Below the pieces are notes generated by a model, which was given only the letters and a program-made list of their open reading frames with translations, did not search any database and was not told the DNA's origin. A stretch of DNA of 64,000 nucleotides from Bacteroidota bacterium (GTDB lineage Bacteria; Bacteroidota; Bacteroidia; Bacteroidales; FEN-979): contig JAPLDJ010000024.1 in assembly GCA_026391805.1 (NCBI GenBank), positions 15,020 through 79,019 on the forward strand, read 5' to 3'. Of this stretch, positions 26,700-34,410 are shown piece by piece; position 1 is the first letter of the stretch, and every line of letters begins with the position of its first letter. The position numbers and the translations under genes are program-made.

Positions 26700-27434
26700 T
26701 CAGCCTCCTCCTAAGATCAGGTTTGTAGCGCTAATCCACTTTGATGCATCCGAAAGGTAGAAAACAATGGTATTTGCAACATCCGCCGGATCGCCAAGGC
26801 CCAGCAACTGCCTTTCCTCGATTTTATCCACGGCCTCCTGCGAATAATTTTCTGCCGTATCGTCCAGCATGGGGGTTCTGACAAAAGCAGGAGAAATGCA
26901 GTTGACCCGTGTCCCGCGCGGGGCAAGTTCGACGGCCAGCACGCGGGCGTAGCCTTCAAGCGCTGCCTTGGCGCTGATGTACATGGCCCCGCCCACAAAA
27001 GGGTAACGGGTGGAGATCGAAGAAATGAATACGATGGAGCTGTTCCCTTTGGCCAGTTTTTTCTTCCCGAGGATTCCTGCCGTCAGCAGTACGGAGGCAT
27101 CAAAGCTGATGGAAAATGTTTTGACAATGGTCTCTTTTGTTATGAACCTTGCGGGAGCCAGATCGGAAATGCCGGTGCTGTGAACCAGTCCGTCCAAAAT
27201 AGGTATCTCATTAACAAGCTTGTCAATATCCGCCTGAATGGTAAGATCGGCAATGAATTTCATGTGCCCTTCTCCCTGAAGCGCACTGAAGGTCTCGTCC
27301 AGGCGTTTTGCGTCCCGTCCTGTGATGATCAGCCTGGCGCCAAGCTCACTGGCTGTGATCGCAGTCTGTTTCCCCAGCCCCGAAGAAGCGCCGGTGACCA
27401 GGACTGTTTTTCCTTTCAGGTCAAATGGGTTCAT
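26700..27434 (-). CDS. SDR-family oxidoreductase (FabG-like ketoreductase)
   Basis: GKTVLVTGASSGLGK Rossmann motif and the YISAKAALEGY (YxxxK) active site. ATG 27434 overlaps the KASIII stop (ATGA). The track start at 27521 is an upstream extension. Confidence 0.85.
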   Translation of the reverse strand: MNPFDLKGKTVLVTGASSGLGKQTAITASELGARLIITGRDAKRLDETFSALQGEGHMKFIADLTIQADIDKLVNEIPILDGLVHSTGISDLAPARFITKETIVKTFSISFDASVLLTAGILGKKKLAKGNSSIVFISSISTRYPFVGGAMYISAKAALEGYARVLAVELAPRGTRVNCISPAFVRTPMLDDTAENYSQEAVDKIEERQLLGLGDPADVANTIVFYLSDASKWISATNLILGGG

Positions 27435-28516
27435 ATCTTTTCGGGTTTTTTCGGAGTGGCTTCCTGTTCGGTGAGTTCGGGAACAACAATGCCATCGGTA
27501 TGGATCAGAACCGTACCCCACGAGAGGCCGATCCCGAAGGCAGAGAGCAGCAGCTCTAGCGGCTGGGTCCTGAGCGCGTCACCCATCTGTGTCACCATGG
27601 TGAGCGGAATGGATGAACAGCTGGTATTGCCAAAATCTTTAAGTGAATAAGGCACCTTTTCCGGTGCGACTCTCAGCATCTTCCGTAGGGTTTCATTGAT
27701 CAGGCGGTTGGCCTGGTGAAAGAGGAGAAAATTGAACTCATCCAGGTTCCGGTTGAAATGGTTCAGGGTTGTCTTGATGTTCGGAACCACCTCCCGCAGT
27801 GAAAAATTGAATACCTCTATTCCGTCGAGGGCCACCTGCAACCGGTTCCGGTAGATGCCCTGTCCGTATTTCTTAACATCGAATGACTTTTTGCTCGTGA
27901 GGTTGCGCACGCCCCCGTCGTAAATGATGATGGCTTCATACCCGCTTCCGTCCGTCTGTAGGTTAAACTGCATCGGAGGGAAACCGGGTTTTAGTTCAAG
28001 AGCCGTTGCCGTTCCCGCATCGCCGAACAGCGGATAGGTGCTTTTATCACGGTATGCGGAAGTAATGGTTGAAATATCCCCGACCAGCAGCAACGCTTTC
28101 TGAACGCCGGTCGTTTTCATCAGGCTGCCGATCACCGAAAGACCGTAAACATATCCTGAGCAACCCAGGTTGATATCGAGTGTGATGCAGGTTTTGGGAA
28201 GTTTCAGCCGGTCCTGGAGAAGGGCCGATGTGGAAGGAATGATGTAATCCCGCGACTGTGAAACGAAAACCAGCAGGTTGATCTCGTTGCGCCCCCAACC
28301 CAGTTTTTCCATCAATTGTTCAGCCGCCTGCATGCAAAGATCGGAAGTGGTCTGACCCTGTTCCGCAATGCGACGCGTCTCAACACCGATGGTCCTGATC
28401 AGCAGTTCCCGCTCCTTTTTCGAGATCCAGGTATAATCCTGGTTGGAAGCTCTCTTCATGGGAACGCAGGATGAGAGGCCGGCAATACGGACATCGGGTA
28501 TCTCGAAGATGGCCAT
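27431..28516 (-). CDS. beta-ketoacyl-ACP synthase III family (FabH-like)
   Basis: 361 aa with the Cys-His-Asn triad contexts LGCSGYVYG, FHQAN and GNTSCSSIP. Confidence 0.85.
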   Translation of the reverse strand: MAIFEIPDVRIAGLSSCVPMKRASNQDYTWISKKERELLIRTIGVETRRIAEQGQTTSDLCMQAAEQLMEKLGWGRNEINLLVFVSQSRDYIIPSTSALLQDRLKLPKTCITLDINLGCSGYVYGLSVIGSLMKTTGVQKALLLVGDISTITSAYRDKSTYPLFGDAGTATALELKPGFPPMQFNLQTDGSGYEAIIIYDGGVRNLTSKKSFDVKKYGQGIYRNRLQVALDGIEVFNFSLREVVPNIKTTLNHFNRNLDEFNFLLFHQANRLINETLRKMLRVAPEKVPYSLKDFGNTSCSSIPLTMVTQMGDALRTQPLELLLSAFGIGLSWGTVLIHTDGIVVPELTEQEATPKKPEKI

Positions 28517-28554
28517 TTAAAGTTCTGTTTGTGAGCAGTTGAAGTGTTTAAGTA

Positions 28555-28562
28555 CAAAAGTA
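28555..28562 (-). promoter_or_regulatory. candidate -7 box (TACTTTTG) for the KASIII-to-MBOAT-partner operon
   Basis: The plus strand reads CAAAAGTA 38 nt upstream of ATG 28516. Confidence 0.45.
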
Positions 28563-28592
28563 CTTTTTTTTTCATTCAAGGTTCCATTTTTC

Positions 28593-28600
28593 TAATTTTG
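28593..28600 (+). promoter_or_regulatory. candidate -7 box (TAATTTTG) for the carrier-protein/FAAL pair
   Basis: Exact TAnnTTTG match 46 nt upstream of ATG 28647. It is back-to-back with the minus-strand box 30 nt away. Confidence 0.45.
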
Positions 28601-28646
28601 CAGGACGGAGGACAAATGCGCCTCCGCATGTTGTAAATACTGATGA

Positions 28647-28889
28647 ATGGCAGCACAAACACTCGAAGAATTTCTGGTTGCATGGACTTCGATCCATCTG
28701 AATAAAGGTTTGCCGGTAAAACCGACCGAAACCTTATCCATGTATGGAATCACTTCTATTAAAGCATTACTGCTGGCCGAAGACACGCAAAACCTCTTCG
28801 GCTTCGAATGGCCCCCATACCTTTTTTTCCAGGACCTTACGATTGCAGAACTGGCCGAGGAAGGAAATAAGATGATGGAAGAGATTTGA
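28647..28889 (+). CDS. acyl/peptidyl carrier protein (80 aa)
   Basis: Four-helix carrier pattern: LSMYGITSIKALLLAEDTQNLFGFEW...LTIAELAE. The Ser of GITS sits at the phosphopantetheine position. Confidence 0.75.
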   Translation: MAAQTLEEFLVAWTSIHLNKGLPVKPTETLSMYGITSIKALLLAEDTQNLFGFEWPPYLFFQDLTIAELAEEGNKMMEEI

Positions 28890-28958
28890 CAATTCTTTGC
28901 AAACGACACGCCGATCAACTCATACAAACCTGAATCCTGAAACTAACGAAGATTAAAG

Positions 28959-30665
28959 ATGGCTGAAATTACTTCATACTACCAGCCGGAACTGACCCTT
29001 CCGGATCTTCTCAAACGCGCCGCGGACCGGAATCCTGATCTCTGCACCGGCTATTACGACAAGAACAATATCCTGACCTTCCAGACCTACAAGGAACTTC
29101 TTTCGGAAGCGAAAAAGATTGCAGGTGGACTTTCCGCCATTGGGCTGAATAAAGGCGACAAGATCATCATTGCCACAAAGTCCAACCGGGAAACGATTGA
29201 GATCCTATGGGGAGCCTTCTTCCTCGGTGTGGTCCCGACCATCCTGCAGCCTCCCGCCGCTTTTTCAGAAGATAACCCTGCCTTTATGAAGCTGCTGAAC
29301 GTGTCGAAGGTTCTGGACTCGCCGGTTATCATGATGAGCCCGGATGTAACGGAGACCGGAACGGTGCTGGATAATACCATACGGCACCGGGAAGACCTTG
29401 ACATGACCAGAAAGTATCCCGATCCCGGGTTGAAACCGGAGGACCTTGCCTTCATCCAGTTTTCGTCGGGCAGCACCGGCGATCCAAAGGGCGTGATGCT
29501 GACCCATTTCAACCTGATGATCAACCTGGATGCCATGCTCTACGGATTCGATACCCGCGAAGGAGACCGCTTCGGCAACTGGATGCCGCTGTTCCACGAC
29601 ATGGGACTGATTGGCTATCACCTGAATCCGATTTACGGCCTGGTATCACAGTACCAGCTCGACACGCTCGACTTTGTCATGAATCCGGCGCTCTGGCTGA
29701 ACATGATGAGCAGGGAAAAGGTAACCTCAGCAGGAACTACAAACTTCGGGCTGGCCCTGGTCCTGAAATACCTGAAGAGGGGCAGGCAGAACGAGCCCTG
29801 GGATTTTACCCACATGAAAGCATTGCTCAACGGTGCAGAACCCATCTCAGTAAGGACCATGCAGGAATTCATCGAAGCGCTGATCCCGTCGAAGCTGAAA
29901 CCTGAGGCCCTGATGCCGGTTTATGGCATGGCTGAAGCTACGCTGGCCATCGCTTTCGCATCCCTTAAAGAACATTACGTAGCAACGGCCTTCAATTCCT
30001 CCCTCCTCGACAGGAAACGCAGGGCGGTGCCTGTTGATCCGTCGGACCCCACCGCACGCATGCTCTCGGAAGTCGGTTGGCCGCTGAATGACTTCGAACT
30101 AAGGATCACGGATGACCATGACAACGAGGTGCCGGAAGGGAATTCAGGCCACATCCAGATCAAAGGGCCCAGCGTGACCAAAGGATACTATAAAAATTCC
30201 GAAGCCACAGCCTCGACTTTCTGCGGGGAATGGCTGAGGACGGGTGACATGGGCTTTTTCTTCGACGGCAGGCTATACATCAGCGGCCGCTTCAAGGACA
30301 TCATTTTCAGGAACGGCATCCACTATTTCGCCAATGACCTGGAGGACCTGGCCTGTACGATTGAAGAGATCAGTATCGGGAAAGTCATTTTCGGCGGGAC
30401 CACCGACCGGGAGACCGGCGAAGAAAAAGTGATTGCATTCATCGCCGGGCTGAATGAGGAGAAGGCCCGGGAGGTTTTCAAAAAGCTGCGGATAAAACTC
30501 CGGACTACACTGGGACTTTATGCTGATGTGCTTGTGCTGGTCAAATCGAACGAGATCCCAAAAACGTCAAGCGGGAAGCTGCAGCGGTACAAGCTTATGC
30601 AGCGTTACCTCGACGGTGAATTTGACGACAAGGTCATTATGCCGGAAAAAGGAGATTACCCATAA
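28959..30665 (+). CDS. fatty acyl-AMP ligase (FAAL-type ANL adenylase) 1
   Basis: TLPDLLKRAADRNPD start, LAFIQFSSGSTGDPKGVMLTHFNL, WLRTGDMGFFFDGRLYISGRFKDIIFRNG and KTSSGKLQR. These are typical FAAL motifs. Confidence 0.85.
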   Translation: MAEITSYYQPELTLPDLLKRAADRNPDLCTGYYDKNNILTFQTYKELLSEAKKIAGGLSAIGLNKGDKIIIATKSNRETIEILWGAFFLGVVPTILQPPAAFSEDNPAFMKLLNVSKVLDSPVIMMSPDVTETGTVLDNTIRHREDLDMTRKYPDPGLKPEDLAFIQFSSGSTGDPKGVMLTHFNLMINLDAMLYGFDTREGDRFGNWMPLFHDMGLIGYHLNPIYGLVSQYQLDTLDFVMNPALWLNMMSREKVTSAGTTNFGLALVLKYLKRGRQNEPWDFTHMKALLNGAEPISVRTMQEFIEALIPSKLKPEALMPVYGMAEATLAIAFASLKEHYVATAFNSSLLDRKRRAVPVDPSDPTARMLSEVGWPLNDFELRITDDHDNEVPEGNSGHIQIKGPSVTKGYYKNSEATASTFCGEWLRTGDMGFFFDGRLYISGRFKDIIFRNGIHYFANDLEDLACTIEEISIGKVIFGGTTDRETGEEKVIAFIAGLNEEKAREVFKKLRIKLRTTLGLYADVLVLVKSNEIPKTSSGKLQRYKLMQRYLDGEFDDKVIMPEKGDYP

Positions 30666-30690
30666 GGATGCTTGATATTTTTGACTCTGT

Positions 30691-30714
30691 CCCCTTCTCC
30701 TTCAGGAGAAGGGG
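30691..30714. terminator. perfect 10-bp stem-loop between convergent genes (no U-tract)
   Basis: CCCCTTCTCC TTCA GGAGAAGGGG, located between the FAAL1 stop (30665) and the carrier-2 stop (30747). Possibly a bidirectional terminator or a REP-like unit. Confidence 0.45.
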
Positions 30715-30746
30715 TGCAGGGGATGAGGTGATTGGATACGTCGTGA

Positions 30747-30986
30747 TTACTGTACCCGTTTTTCAATGATCCGATAAAGGTCGGCAACGGTTTTGGAGGT
30801 GGCAATATCTTCCGCATTGATGACCACATCATACTGCGTTTTAACCATGGCGATCAGGATGAGGGCATTGATGGAACTCCATTCAAAAACTTCCCTGAAA
30901 ATACTCTCCGGCTTCAGGGTTCCCGGCTTGATATCTTCATATTCTTCTTCGAGATGGGCGATGAATTCCTGGATGTTCATGGTCAT
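30747..30986 (-). CDS. acyl carrier protein 2 (about 78 aa)
   Basis: MNIQEFIAHLEEEYEDI...FEWSSINALILIAMVKTQYDVVI...VADLYRIIEKR, a carrier fold pattern with Ser in EWSS. The start is either ATG 30986 or 30980. The track start at 31097 overlaps the neighbour's promoter region. Confidence 0.7.
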   Translation of the reverse strand: MTMNIQEFIAHLEEEYEDIKPGTLKPESIFREVFEWSSINALILIAMVKTQYDVVINAEDIATSKTVADLYRIIEKRVQ

Positions 30987-30999
30987 TGGTATTATGGAA

Positions 31000-31007
31000 C
31001 AAAGGTA
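31000..31007 (-). promoter_or_regulatory. candidate -7 box (TACCTTTG) for carrier protein 2
   Basis: The plus strand reads CAAAGGTA 13 nt upstream of ATG 30986. Confidence 0.4.
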
Positions 31008-31084
31008 GGAATTTTCCCTGTACCCATGACTTTTTGAGAACAAATTCGTTCCTTTGCAGCACGATTCAATCTGTTGACAAAACC

Positions 31085-32779
31085 ATGCCTGAGACAAGCA
31101 TTTATTATCATCCCGAACTCACCTTGCCAGACCTTCTTTACAGGGCAGTTAGCGTGCATCCGGATCTGTTTATCGGGTATTGCGATAAAAATGGCGGGAT
31201 ACAGATCCAGAATTACACCGATCTGCTCGCTAGAGCCGAAATGATTGCCGGCGGTCTTTATAACCTGGGGTTAAGGCAGGGCGATAAAATGATCATTGCC
31301 ACCCAGGGCAACAGGGAAACAGTTGAGCTTCTCTGGGGCGGCTTTTTACTGGGCGTGGTTCCCACCATCCTTCAGCCTCCGGTAACCTTTTCAGGATACA
31401 ATCCCTCGGTCGTGAAATTAATGAACGTTTATCACCAGCTGGGGAAGCCGTTTATTTTTATGAGCCCCGAAATGAAGGATACCGGCGGGTTGCCTGAAGG
31501 GACCATAAAGCATACCGAAGATCTGGACGGGAGCGGCGGATACCCGAAACCCGCTTTATCAGCCGAAGATCTTGCCTTCATTCAGTTTTCATCCGGCAGC
31601 ACCGGTGATCCCAAAGGCATCATGCTTTCGCACCGGAACCTGATAACGAACATGGATTCGATCCGTATCGGACTCGATATTCATTACCCGGATCACCTCG
31701 GCAACTGGATGCCCCTGTTCCACGACATGGGACTGATCGGGTATCATATCACGGGCATTTACTGCATGGTGTTCCAGTACCAGGTCGAAACCATCGATTT
31801 CATCATGAACCCCGGCCTGTGGCTGAACCTGATGAGCCGGCAGAAAGTCACGATCTCCGGATGTCCCAACTTCGGACTGGCGCTGGTCGTGCGGCACCTG
31901 AACCGTAAAAAGCCGGATCCTGAATGGGATTTTTCCAGTCTTAAGGCATTGCTCAACGGTGCAGAGCCCATTTCGGTCAGGATCATGCATGAATTTGTGA
32001 ATGCCCTCAGCCCATATGGTTTCCGGCCTGAAGCGATGATGCCGGTATACGGCATGGCCGAGGCCACGCTGGCCATCTCATTCGCGCCGTTGCTGAAACC
32101 TTCGGTGATCTCTGCATTTGACGCCTTGCTGCTGGACCGCGAAAACCGCACAACTCCCGCGGATCCTTCGGATCCTTCCGCAAGGGTGCTCTCGGAAGTC
32201 GGGCTTGTTCTGAACGATATCGGGATCAGGATCACTGATGAAAATGACAAGCCACTGGAAGAAGGCATTGCCGGCCATATCCAGGTGAAAGGCCCGAACG
32301 TGACCTCGGGATATTACAATAATCCTTCTGCCACGGCTGCAGCATTCTGCGGTGAATGGCTCCGGACAGGAGATATAGGATTCTTCTTTGAAGGACGGCT
32401 TTACATCAGCGGGCGGTACAAGGATATTATTTTCAAGAATGGTCGGAACTATTTTGCCAACGACCTCGAAACCATGTCCTGCAGCATCGATGAGATAAAG
32501 TTCGGGAAAGTATGTTTCGGCGGAACGACCGGAAAAGAGGCCGCACAAGATAAAGTTATTGCATTCGTGGCGGGAATTTCTGACGAAAAAGCGCCTGAAA
32601 TATTCAGTAAGCTCAGGGGCCTTCTCCGAAGCAATCTCGGGATTACAGTCGATGAAATGGTGCTGATCAGATCCAACGAGATCCCCAAAACCTCCAGCGG
32701 CAAGCTGCAACGCTTCAAGCTGATGCAGCGCTACATCAGCGGGGAATTCGATGATAAAAAGATCACGGATGAATCATAA
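31085..32779 (+). CDS. fatty acyl-AMP ligase (FAAL-type) 2
   Basis: Paralog of 28959-30665, roughly 55-65% identical by eye, with the same motifs (LAFIQFSSGSTGDPKGIMLSHRNL, WLRTGDIGFFFEGRLYISGRYKDIIFKNG). ATG 31085 (MPETSIYYHPELTLPDLL) aligns with the FAAL1 start. Confidence 0.85.
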   Translation: MPETSIYYHPELTLPDLLYRAVSVHPDLFIGYCDKNGGIQIQNYTDLLARAEMIAGGLYNLGLRQGDKMIIATQGNRETVELLWGGFLLGVVPTILQPPVTFSGYNPSVVKLMNVYHQLGKPFIFMSPEMKDTGGLPEGTIKHTEDLDGSGGYPKPALSAEDLAFIQFSSGSTGDPKGIMLSHRNLITNMDSIRIGLDIHYPDHLGNWMPLFHDMGLIGYHITGIYCMVFQYQVETIDFIMNPGLWLNLMSRQKVTISGCPNFGLALVVRHLNRKKPDPEWDFSSLKALLNGAEPISVRIMHEFVNALSPYGFRPEAMMPVYGMAEATLAISFAPLLKPSVISAFDALLLDRENRTTPADPSDPSARVLSEVGLVLNDIGIRITDENDKPLEEGIAGHIQVKGPNVTSGYYNNPSATAAAFCGEWLRTGDIGFFFEGRLYISGRYKDIIFKNGRNYFANDLETMSCSIDEIKFGKVCFGGTTGKEAAQDKVIAFVAGISDEKAPEIFSKLRGLLRSNLGITVDEMVLIRSNEIPKTSSGKLQRFKLMQRYISGEFDDKKITDES

Positions 32780-32784
32780 TTTTT

Positions 32785-32874
32785 CCCTTTGTGTGACTTC
32801 GTGCGTACTTTGAGCCCTTTGTGGTTAAATTACTTAAAGATTAACCACAAAGGTCACAAAGGGTTTCACAAAGG
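32785..32874. repeat. long hairpin element, CACAAAG dialect
   Basis: CCCTTTGTGTGACTTCGTGCGTACTTTGAGCCCTTTGTGGTTAA, loop, then TTAACCACAAAGGTCACAAAGGGTTTCACAAAGG. It lies between convergent stops at 32779 and 32926. Confidence 0.65.
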
Positions 32875-32925
32875 CGAATAAGTACTTTTTTGTCAACCCA
32901 AAGCCGAAGGCAAGGGGTGAGTTCA

Positions 32926-34035
32926 TCAAATATTCCCAGGCGACTTTTTACCAAAGATTTTTAAATAGGTCTTCAGCAGGATCGTGGCTTTGAAGAAAAA
33001 CCACTGGCTCGCCTTTGCCGGGAGGTATGTCCCGATGATCATCATCGACAGCAGGATATAATTATAAGCCAGCATCGGAGAGGCTTTCAGGAAAAGAACA
33101 AAGCTGAACCTTTTGTCTCTTTTATAGTTTAACCGGTCAGCATATTTCCCCGCGATCTGGTCGGCCATCCTGACCTGCTGCTCAGTGAGCTTGTCCTGCC
33201 AGGTATTCATGCGCCCGGTATTGACCGGTTTCAGGAGGTTCTCATGAAATTTATCCCAAACTGTGTTGCTGAAGATTTCCGTCACCTCATCCTTCTTTTT
33301 ATAGAAATCGAATACCGACGGATCGTAGGAAATTCCGAGAAATTCGCACAGCGACCGGTAGGTCTTCTCCTGCTCCGTCACCAGGTCTTCATAACGGAGA
33401 ATGTAATACCGGTCAGGAAAACGGCGCTTGCACCGGAGGAACATCCGGGTAAAATAGCGCCACCGGCCAACCTGCAAAGGCAAAGAAGGAGCTTCCACGG
33501 CTACATCTTTCTCGACAAGTTTTTGAATAGAAATAAAATTATCCCTGTAATCCCGGATGATGCAAATGAATTTGGCTTCGGGGAAGATCTTCCGGAGCCG
33601 GCGTGAATAAATCGAATAGATCGGATTCTTGTCGCCGATCAGATGCGTCTGCTCCTTATGATATACGGAAAAGGCATAATAGTTAATGCTTTTCAGGAAA
33701 AGCTGGATCGAAGCTTTGTCTTTGTATTTCAGCAATTCACCAACGATGAATTCCTTGTCGAGCTTCAGGTTTTCAACCCTCCGCAGACTGAATTTCGAAT
33801 ATTCAAAAACATGATCGACGAACGACCGGATGGTGGCTTCATCCCATTTTTTAACCTTCTTGAAGCGCTGGTATAAAAAGAGCATGACCGGAAACTCAGG
33901 AGCGATCCTGACGTTCGGGTGGGCGTTGAACAGCGTGGTCAGCAAAGTAGTTCCCGACCGGGGCCTTCCGAAGATGAAAAAAATTGGGATCTTGCTCAGA
34001 TCGTCTGTTTCCATAATTGAATTTCTTTCAATCAT
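32926..34035 (-). CDS. sulfotransferase-family protein with C-terminal membrane segment(s)
   Basis: PAPS 5'-phosphosulfate loop FIFGRPRSGTTLL, 3'-phosphate motif IIRDYRDNFIS, and a hydrophobic tail PMLAYNYILLSMMIIGTYL...WFFFKATILL. Confidence 0.75.
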   Translation of the reverse strand: MIERNSIMETDDLSKIPIFFIFGRPRSGTTLLTTLFNAHPNVRIAPEFPVMLFLYQRFKKVKKWDEATIRSFVDHVFEYSKFSLRRVENLKLDKEFIVGELLKYKDKASIQLFLKSINYYAFSVYHKEQTHLIGDKNPIYSIYSRRLRKIFPEAKFICIIRDYRDNFISIQKLVEKDVAVEAPSLPLQVGRWRYFTRMFLRCKRRFPDRYYILRYEDLVTEQEKTYRSLCEFLGISYDPSVFDFYKKKDEVTEIFSNTVWDKFHENLLKPVNTGRMNTWQDKLTEQQVRMADQIAGKYADRLNYKRDKRFSFVLFLKASPMLAYNYILLSMMIIGTYLPAKASQWFFFKATILLKTYLKIFGKKSPGNI

Positions 34036-34051
34036 TGAACCTCAATATTGG

Positions 34052-34059
34052 CAAAAGTA
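34052..34059 (-). promoter_or_regulatory. candidate -7 box (TACTTTTG) for the sulfotransferase gene
   Basis: The plus strand reads CAAAAGTA 16 nt upstream of ATG 34035. Confidence 0.4.
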
Positions 34060-34289
34060 CAATTATTAGGTGTGAAAATAGTAAAAGCAAGAGCAGGATC
34101 AATACCCGGTTAATTCAAATTGATTTGCAGTTACATATTTATTCCGATGGCTTATTCGTAAGAGTATAAAACCGGAACTTTTTTGTATTAGCTTTTTACT
34201 TAAACCGGATTAAGGAGGGATAATACTGAAATGTCGTTATTGGTAGCAGCTATACATGAACTTTCTGAAAACAGAGGGAAAATGAATTA

Positions 34290-34339
34290 CCCCGTGCTTT
34301 AGCGCGGGGTCAAGACGGTTAAAACACGGGCTTAAGCCC
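34290..34339. repeat. two REP-like stem-loops upstream of the RAYT remnant
   Basis: CCCCGTGC TTTA GCGCGGGG (8-bp stem with one G-U, 34290-34309) and the palindrome GGGCTTAAGCCC (34328-34339). Confidence 0.5.
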
Positions 34340-34356
34340 AAAAATTTGACGGTGTT

Positions 34357-34410
34357 ATGGGATATGTGAAAATCTGGGTGCATCTTGTCTGGACCACAAA
34401 GAACAGGTAA
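34357..34410 (+). pseudogene. 17-codon N-terminal remnant of an IS200/IS605-type Y1 (REP-associated, RAYT-like) transposase
   Basis: The ATG at 34357 encodes MGYVKIWVHLVWTTKNR followed by TAA. This string matches the conserved N-terminus of RAYT/IS200-like TnpA proteins (..VKIWIH.VW.TKNR..). Nothing downstream continues the homology. Confidence 0.55.
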
